From Klebsormidium nitens (lineage: Eukaryota; Plantae; Klebsormidiophyceae), in NCBI GenBank assembly GCA_000708835.1, contig DF237444.1, positions 1 through 64,000 of the forward strand: a DNA stretch of 64,000 nucleotides, in the 5' to 3' direction. Positions 56,801 through 64,000 of this stretch are shown piece by piece. Numbering within the stretch: the stretch's first letter is position 1; every line of letters begins with the position of its first letter. The translations under genes and the position numbers were made by a program. Under the pieces are notes generated by a model. That model saw only the letters and a program-made list of their open reading frames with translations, made no database searches and had not been told where the DNA came from.

Positions 56801-58952
56801 ACCAGCTTGACGACAATCCGCTGTTGGACATCTTACATGGCTTCTTGGCCAGTTTTATATTCGACCCTAAGAGGTAATCGATGTATGAAAGTACGGCCCA
56901 ACCCCTTCAAAGCTGGGGTGCTCCACCCGTTCCTTGTCTTCATAGATCCAGAATTGACAAGGAATCGAACTCCTTTACACCTCGCAGCAGTTGCCTCTTT
57001 GAAGCTAACACCGTCAAAGACGAAGCTCGCGGGTCTCACGCGCTCCTCATGTTGACCTGCCTGCAGAGGTGCATGTCTGCCGAGGAGAAGGCCGAGTTTG
57101 ACCGGCGGAAAGGCGTGTTCAAGACGAGCAAGAAGCTGAAGCCCGCCCCCGCCACTGCCGCTCCCGCACGGGCCCGGGCAGCCCGAACGACCCCGGGACA
57201 CCTGCTGCACGTCTTCCGAAGCGGTAAGGCCCGCCACCGAGAGTAGAAAGAGTACCGGGCCTCGGGCCCGGGGGACATTTGCGTCCTTGTGGCTCGAATT
57301 TTGGCCAAATACATCGCTTATCCGCTGGACTTCTTTGTGCATACTTGAGAGGCTCGATTGAACGTGCGAGCACTTCATGTGACAAGCGCACGGACTTCCC
57401 GCCAATCCCGAATTGCTCAGGTGTCTCGTGCCTAAGAGCTTCCTTTCTCGGCGTCTGATACACCGATCTCAGAAAGGCCGGTGAGGTTCTACTCGACGAG
57501 AGTTGGAGGATCATACGTCATGATCGTCGGACCGTCCCGTCTGCCTTCAGCAAGTGGCGGAATGCTTCTGATTTCGAGGTCTTCCTGCTCTAGAATCATT
57601 TTCCCCCCCTGAAATCAATTCGCTGGCCGAGACTTATCTCTAGACGACAAGTCAACATCTCGTTCCGGCTAACCCCGTTGGGGTTTCTGCCTGTCCAGGT
57701 ACCCTCCAGGCCGTGTCTGCACGTCTTGAGGAGGCCATGAGCGGGATGTCGGACGGAAGAGCGAGGGACCTGATGCGCAATCGGCCCCGCCTGGTGACGG
57801 AGACTGCTCGCCGTGAGTGCCTGTCAGATCGAATTCAGTCCTACGGCTTGCAGTGCATATCATGTCGGTCTTGTGCAATTGCTTAGCAGGAGAAGCCTCG
57901 GGCATTATTCCCTGCGAAAGCCCATCCTGAAGAAGGGGCCGCTATTCGACAAAGCTTTATGCGACTAGGATTTAAACCGCTGCTTATCCCTGAAGCCGGT
58001 CATTGACTAAGCATCCAATGCCGCACGAGCACCGGTGAATCGCTTCTCCTCACCTTCCTCTACAGGCACGTCAATATTGGTCCCCAACAATGCAAGATAT
58101 CCAAATGCATTATGGAAGCGAGGTCCTTTCACGCTCTCTCATCACTCGCTTGTCCTAGTACGGCTGCTTGCGAGACTGTTTTTAACAGGTACAAATATCA
58201 TGTAACCCTTACACAAAACGTCCGCTGATCAAGCGCTGTTGGTCTTATTAAAGGCGGTCCTCCTGCGTCTGGCCCAGCGGCACCCCCCAATCAGCCTCCG
58301 GGCGCTCCGGGCGCCCCGGCCACAACGCGCGGCACCTTCGGGCGGCCGTATATCATCGACATCCCCACGACGGCCACCACCGTCTGTGCCGTCTGCAACC
58401 AGGCCATAGGAATTGGCCGCTTCCGCCTCACTGATGCGGTGAGAGCCACAGACCGGGCCTCGTCATACAGCGGGCTCTCGACTCCGTTTAGTCGATGTCT
58501 TTACACGGGTACATGGGAATCGGGTTCCGCTGTCCACAGCTTATCCGACGACAACTCTTGCTTCTGACGTGTCATAAAGTGTCATTGCATAGCACTGCCG
58601 TAGACGATGTCGAGTCTTCGTTTGCCCGTGCTTTGGAATCTGCGCAGAAGGAATGGTGTTATTTACAATTCCTCCTCTCATTCCGTCTGCTTATAAGAGC
58701 CACTTCTGACCTGCGCAGTATGGGGACAGTGGTCAGACATACCACCTGGGCTGCCTCAGCGCCCGCGGCATGATCCAGCCGTATCAGATTGCGGGCATGG
58801 AGGACCTGCCCCCCGCGGCCCAGGCACGGGCGCGGACGATCGTAAGAGAGCCCGGAGGCGTCTTTATCCGATCACCGAGGTCAGACGATCAGGCGCCGCA
58901 AGAGGTCGGAGAACCAGGCCCCGCATTTCCAGGGGTTCCCCGTCGCCTGTAG
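53862..58952 (+). CDS. FHA + C3HC4 RING E3 ubiquitin ligase (RNF8/CHFR-like) with a C-terminal PARP-type zinc finger
   Basis: Phase-compatible exons 53862-54116, 54321-54381, ~54640-55801, 56463-56701, 57067-57223, 57699-57812, 58254-58438 and 58719-58952. FHA motifs: LGR, SRWH, SANGTM|VNG..LAEGDVIILG. RING: C-x2-C-x11-C-x-H-x2-C-x2-C-x10-C-x2-C. Zinc finger: C-x2-C-x22-H-x2-C. The true start may lie upstream. Confidence 0.82.
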
Positions 58953-59371
58953 CTAATGTTCCAAGTATCAAAATGTACATATCTGGGACTCGACTCGCAA
59001 CAAGAGTACAGGAAAGAGAATATCCGAGTGGACATGTTCTCACGAAGAACGTGATGAGCACTGTTCTAGAGCAGAGCGCCAAGGTGGCATCGAATGGCAG
59101 ATTCTTACTGATGGAGTATTGAGTGAAGCCTTCGGCTGCACTCGCAAAATCGCAACAGATTTGACTCTTGGTGTTGTGTCAACTTTGCGAGTATGATGTT
59201 TAAACCTGCGTGCGTGAAGGCCCATACTTACCGCGTATTGAGCACCATGTTCAACGATGCTTCAGCCCTGAATTGAAACAGAAGTATACTAGCTCGGCCG
59301 CCACCCGATGTTCTGCCCAGCCCTCCGTATAATCAAAGCCGCTTAAAGTAGGTCGTTAATATATTAACGTG

Positions 59372-60140
59372 CACTACACAAGCTACCTATGGTGGGTGTC
59401 GGCGGTCTCGATCGCGCGACGGTACCGTCACCAAATTGACTCACCGGTGTTACGCGTCGCGACATTTCATGTACACGGTACTGACGACCGTACTCGGCCG
59501 TACTTTAGAATCCGGTCCGAGTTCATGAATTGGAAATTGTCTGACATGTCGACGAACGGTAAACTCCGGTATATTCGGCGGTACAGTACCGCGCAAGTCT
59601 GCGCGTCCGCAAATTTGAAATTTCATGGTGTTTGTCGGAAGTTCCGACTCGAACCACCTGAGGGTACCGCGGTACTTAACTTGAAAGAGGAGTGCAGGAA
59701 GTTGAAAGAAGAGTGTAGGAAAAGGCGCATTTCAAGAGCAAGCAATGCCGGCCGACTTTGAGGCTTGTATGGTGCTTATTCCGATTTGTCCTCGACATTT
59801 CCTTATGTTGGGTCTTCAAACAAACCCTCAAGGTGCTCTCCCAACATTTTTCTTTGCTTGTCAGAGCTTTCTATGGGCTGCATAAGGCTCTTCTTTGTGT
59901 GCCAGTTTGATGCTCACACACAAGTGTAAAACATAACACTGTCTTTCACTCCTGTAACACTGACTTACGGCCGAGCAATATTGTCTGAGTACTTGTACCG
60001 CCCGAGTAACAGAAACCTGAGTTGCCGTGACGTGAACCGCCGGTATCACTGACGGAATTCGATACGCGGTATTACAATTTTGTGGCGGTCGGAGTCAAAA
60101 TTGACTCGGCCGGTACCCACCATAGGTAGCTTGTGTAGTG
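59372..60140. mobile_element. Non-autonomous CACTA (En/Spm)-like element, 769 bp
   Basis: Perfect 26-bp TIRs CACTACACAAGCTACCTATGGTGGGT (59372-59397 / 60115-60140) with CACTA...TAGTG termini. The 3-bp flanks are GTG / GTC (imperfect TSD). No transposase ORF. Confidence 0.82.
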
Positions 60141-60602
60141 GTCCAGATCGAGCTGGTCGGCCAGAACCTCCAAGTATCTAGCTCTAGGAGCCTGGGTCCG
60201 ATCGCTGCATCGCATAATTTCCGCTTTGGTATCCGGCGCCCGGCAGGCCCCGGCCGCATATACCGTATATACTGTAGTACATACTTGATGGCTCTTGTAT
60301 TCACTCAGTGCCATGCCATAAGTTTTGAGTGGGATGGTACAGGGGCACTAATACTGATGCAGCTAGTTTGTAGGCCTTGACGGTCCGTTCTTTCAAGAAT
60401 TTGCGATCAACTTTGAGTATAATTGTGCGATCATTAATCATTACATCGACTCTGCTGATGAATTGTTTCCTGGCAATCAAGAAAGTGTGCGCGGGGGTAT
60501 TATACACAGGTCTGGAATGTGCATGCTGCCAGTCACTAACGACCGACTTGTTCCATTAGCGGCTATAGGAATCTCGGAGGACTTTAAGGACAAAGTAAGT
60601 TC

Positions 60603-62068
60603 CTAAGCACTCTTCTTGCCTTCGACTTGAGCAAACTTGCTGTCGACTCTCCCGAGGAGGGATCGAAGCTTGTCATTTTCTTCCAACAATCTGTCATATT
60701 CCTGAGCCACCCCGTCTGCTTGTCGTTTTAGCGCCTCAGCATTCTTCACTGCTGTCTCCGTGATCTGCTTATCTTTGCGACGATCTTCTAACTCCTGCTG
60801 CAGAGTGGTCACGGTCTCTCGGAGGATGTCCGTCTGTAAGTGTCGAATGTCCAATCAGATAGGAAGGCATGGCTTGTGGTGACCCTTTGGCCTGATTAGA
60901 CGATCTGTACATACTGAAGCATTCCAAAAGGGCCAAAGGTTTGAGGTTAAGGGACTCAAAGTTGGGTAGAAGCAAGCCAGTAGAATACAAGTCTGCCTGT
61001 AATGAAGCAGTACTCTCTGGACATGAGGCGGACGCTGCCCACATCAACCTTGTCAAAATTGGATTCTACATTTCAATTGAATATACAGCGTGCAAGTTTT
61101 AGCTTAAACATGTCAGCTGCACAGCAGACAACCATCCACGACGACAATTTAATGATTTGGAGCGCACCTGCTGGCGCAACTCCTTGACTTTGGCCTCTTC
61201 TGCTGCCAGTTTTGCACTGTAGTCCACCTGGCCGGAGGACTTTTCGTGCAGCTTCAAATACTCTGTTCCGGCATTCTTTGCTTGCCTTTGCAGAGCATCA
61301 TGGCTGACCCTCAGCTTGTCCCCCTCGGTTACAGCAGCATAAACTGCGTGATCAAGGAGCACCAGCAAGAGCGACGCACCTGCAGGCAAAGAAAGGAGTA
61401 CGCACATCAACCACCTTCCATCAGGAAGTTGCCCCAGTACCTAGGCGGTAGCGAGAAGGCAAGTGATTGCCAATGAAGCATTTTGCGCGACATGCCACTC
61501 CGTCTAAACAGAGCGCTGGGGCTCTTTGATTGGAAAACCAGTGCTTCGCAATGAGTCTGGCAATTCTCCAACGCATGGCAGCCCAACTATTCTTGCTGCA
61601 ATATATCAGACACACCCACTAATCTAAATGTGTGAATGACACAGGTTGAGAACCAGGAATCCTGTGAGCCTGATCCTGATCTCCTATTTGTATTCATTGG
61701 GGTGTACAGCTGGCATAGACTTTGTACCTAAGCATCATAAGCCCAGGTATGCTCCAGCTTGTCTTACCGGTTATGAATGCCTGCAGATATTCACTGTACA
61801 ATGCGCTTTCTGTACGCAGCGAGTCGCCAGTGTTGAGCGCTTCCGCTTTTGCTGCTTTTACAAGCAGCCCTTGTATGCTGGCAATTGATGAGAGCAGGAA
61901 CACAACGAGCGCTCCAAAGATTGTCCTGACGACCGCTGCCGCTCTGGGAATGTGAAAGAAACCGACTACAGCCAAACCCAGTCTTCTGACTGCCGGCACG
62001 GGGATGACTAGAAGGATGCTCACAACCACTTGGAGTGACAGGAGCACAATGGACGGGAGCAACAGCAT
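60603..62068 (-). CDS. BAP31: B-cell receptor-associated protein 29/31-like ER membrane protein
   Basis: Exons 62068-61768, 61379-61168 and 60833-60603 encode three hydrophobic segments, a coiled coil (ALQRQAKN; AEALKRQADGVAQEYDRLLEENDKLR) and a C-terminal KKSA dilysine ER-retrieval motif. Confidence 0.9.
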
Positions 62069-62407
62069 GATGGGCAACCTTGCACAACTCAGAGGTTGTG
62101 ATAGCCAGCCACACTTCCAACCTATCCCCTTCAGAAATGAGTTGTGCCCTTCAGAGTCAACGAGGAGCAAGCAGACTCAAGTAGGCACGAAGATGATTGC
62201 AATGCAAGAAGAAAACGCCACTAGCTTGCAAGCTCAAGCTGGGTGCGCCCAGGTAGCCAGCCACTCGCATCTGAATCTGCATCTACCTACTCATGTCATT
62301 GAACCCTAGGAACCCTAGAAACCATGGTGGTCCCCTTGCGTTTCAAGAAAGCACTTTCTTTGATCAAAAGTACTTGTTGGCAAATTTAAATCTTGGATTA
62401 CAAGTGT

Positions 62408-62433
62408 ACCGGGCAGCATTCCGGCTGCCCGGT
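62408..62433. repeat. Perfect GC-rich hairpin (10-bp stem, 6-nt loop)
   Basis: ACCGGGCAGC-ATTCCG-GCTGCCCGGT. Confidence 0.7.
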
Positions 62434-62511
62434 CTGCATCCTGACCCCCGGCTTGATCACCGGCTATGGTAACGGCATGCTGGAGCTTGGTCCGTGCGGC
62501 AAGGGGCACAT

Positions 62512-63033
62512 AGCTGCCGAATCTTTTGTCAACTTTCGAAACCGGACACCGGACGGGCACAGTCAGTCGTTGTCCGCAGTGCCATATTTTGGGACGCGGT
62601 TGGTACCGGGCCTGCTTTTGCCGGACTAAATAATGCTCGGGTTAGCCTGCAAACCACATTAAAATCTTAGGAACAGTGACTTAGCCGTTAGTAGGAACCC
62701 TAATCTGAGAGCAGTCACAGGAAAGGGAGTAACCCTAACAAACCGTCACAGGAAGTGGTGTAACCCTAACACACTATCACTGCTTTGTAGCGCGAGACCC
62801 TAAGGTCACTAGGAGTGCCCGGTTGCTTGCTGACGGTGCATACCTTTCGTACGCGATCGACGGTACCGCTCGAACCGTACCGTACTGAGTATGGTATCGG
62901 ACTCGGCCCGTGACATGTGGCAGCAAACTTGGAGCGTAGATCCTACGGACGGTACACGATCGGACGGTGAAAAGCATATGACTGCCCGCAGTCCGCTGTC
63001 CGATTTCGAAAGTTGACAAAAGATTCGGCAGCT
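62512..63033. mobile_element. MITE-like inverted-repeat element (~520 bp) with 43-bp arms
   Basis: AGCTGCCGAATCTTTTGTCAACTTTCGAAACCGGACACCGGAC (62512-62554) vs the reverse complement of 62991-63033: 41/43 identical. The TSD is ambiguous (the palindromic AGCT could be a 4-bp TSD). Internal ACCCTAA motifs. Confidence 0.72.
62696..62803. promoter_or_regulatory. Cluster of four telo-box-like ACCCTAA motifs between divergent BAP31 and DVR
   Basis: AACCCTAA at 62696, 62731 and 62762, and ACCCTAA at 62797. The 26-bp direct repeat GTCACAGGAA-N5-TAACCCTAAC occurs at 62714 and 62745. Function is inferred from similarity to the land-plant telo-box. Confidence 0.4.
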
Positions 63034-63297
63034 TTGGCCGTTTTGCGTCCGTGCGAGGGACTTGACTCTGGCTTGCATAACCGGCTTATCACTGGAATAG
63101 CCCGGGCCACGGTGAAGGATGCGGGCATTGCGGGGATTAAATCAGATATTCCAAAGTGGATAATGTTGGAAGTTCAGGAGGAAGGTCCGATCTGGAGCTA
63201 GACCCCAGTCTCAGAGTCAGAGTCTTCAAAGTTCAGCCTTCAAGTTCAGGTGGGCGCAAAAAGTGTGATTCGGGGGCACGAGGAGGCAACTGAAACC

Positions 63298-64000
63298 ATG
63301 GCTGCCTCTGCTGCGCTGTCAAAAGTGTCTGTCGGTTGCTTCCACAGCACAGTGTTGCCAAGACAGGAGCTTGGAGCCGGCATTGCGCAAAATCACTTGT
63401 GCCATGACCGTTCGCCAATTTTTTCACCGAGAGCAAAGGTGAACGCGCTTCTGGCGCCCCCCCACTTTGAAAGAAGCTCGTATCTGGGAGTTGGTACTGT
63501 TGAGGAGGCTCTTCCGCTTCTGAAGCCTGTAAGGAAAAGGTGTCAACGCACTTGCCAGGCTGCTGCCCAGCCTGTGGCGCCCAGCACGCAAGACTTCAGA
63601 AACAAACAGCCCAAGGACATCAATGTCCTTGTGGTGGGCCCAACGGGCTACATTGGCAAATTTGTCACCAAGGAACTCATCAAGCGGGGGTACAACGTGA
63701 TTGCGGTCGCGCGAGAGAAGGCGGGCATCGGCGGCAAGCAGGGGCAGGACCAGACGAAGACGGAGTTTGCCGGGGGGGACGTGCGGTTTGGAAATGCGAC
63801 AGAGGCGGAGTCGCTGGAGAAAGCGGTGAACGGGGACCGTGTCGACGTGGTCGTGTCGTGCCTCGCCAGCCGGACGGGGGGTAAGAAGGATTCGTGGTTG
63901 ATTGACTACCAGGCGACAAAGAACAGTTTGGACGTTGGGCGAAAGCAGGGGGCGCAACACTTTGTGCTGCTGTCGGCCATCTGCGTCCAAAAGCCGCTGC
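63298..64000 (+). CDS. DVR: Divinyl chlorophyllide a 8-vinyl reductase (NADPH-dependent, plastid), 5' part; continues past the window
   Basis: Putative transit-peptide exon 63298-63438, then an exon from 63559: FRNKQPKDINVLVVGPTGYIGKFVTKELIKRGYNVIAVARE..VDVVVSCLASRTGG.KDSWLIDYQATKNSL..HFVLLSAICVQKPL. This is the Rossmann fold plus the signature of plant DVR/PCB2. Confidence 0.95.
   Translation, partial: MAASAALSKVSVGCFHSTVLPRQELGAGIAQNHLCHDRSPIFSPRAKVNALLAPPHFERSSYLGVGTVEEALPLLKPVRKRCQRTCQAAAQPVAPSTQDFRNKQPKDINVLVVGPTGYIGKFVTKELIKRGYNVIAVAREKAGIGGKQGQDQTKTEFAGGDVRFGNATEAESLEKAVNGDRVDVVVSCLASRTGGKKDSWLIDYQATKNSLDVGRKQGAQHFVLLSAICVQKPL

Noticed and set aside
62408-62444. Helitron 3' end (hairpin plus CTRR)
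   Set aside because: CTGA lies downstream of the hairpin but is not followed by T, and no matching 5' TC/AT junction was found.

Overview
Eukaryotic, intron-rich DNA with GC-rich exons and GT-AG introns of a few hundred bp. The gene content (plant-type THO1, PUMY, plastid DVR) and composition suggest a streptophyte green alga such as Klebsormidium; this is an inference. I spliced seven genes by hand. In order: a ~34-kb VPS13-family lipid-transfer gene (-), mitochondrial ribosomal protein L46 (+), THO complex subunit 1 (+), pseudouridine-5'-phosphate glycosidase (-), an FHA-RING E3 ligase with a C-terminal PARP-type zinc finger (+), a BAP29/31-like ER protein (-), and the 5' part of divinyl chlorophyllide 8-vinyl reductase (+, truncated by the window end). 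Intergenic DNA holds three non-autonomous terminal-inverted-repeat elements, one long hairpin, and a repeat-rich region at 0.3-1.9 kb. The most interesting signals are: (i) an RNF8-like FHA-RING-zf-PARP architecture; (ii) a VPS13 with a predicted N-terminal membrane anchor, tandem C2 domains, a displaced FFAT-like motif and a post-PH tail; (iii) a telo-box/GTCAC/GCCCGGTTG cassette shared by two TIR elements with unrelated termini, both between divergently transcribed genes; (iv) a PUMY with both PTS2 and PTS1. All domain calls come from motif recognition by eye; no database searches were run.
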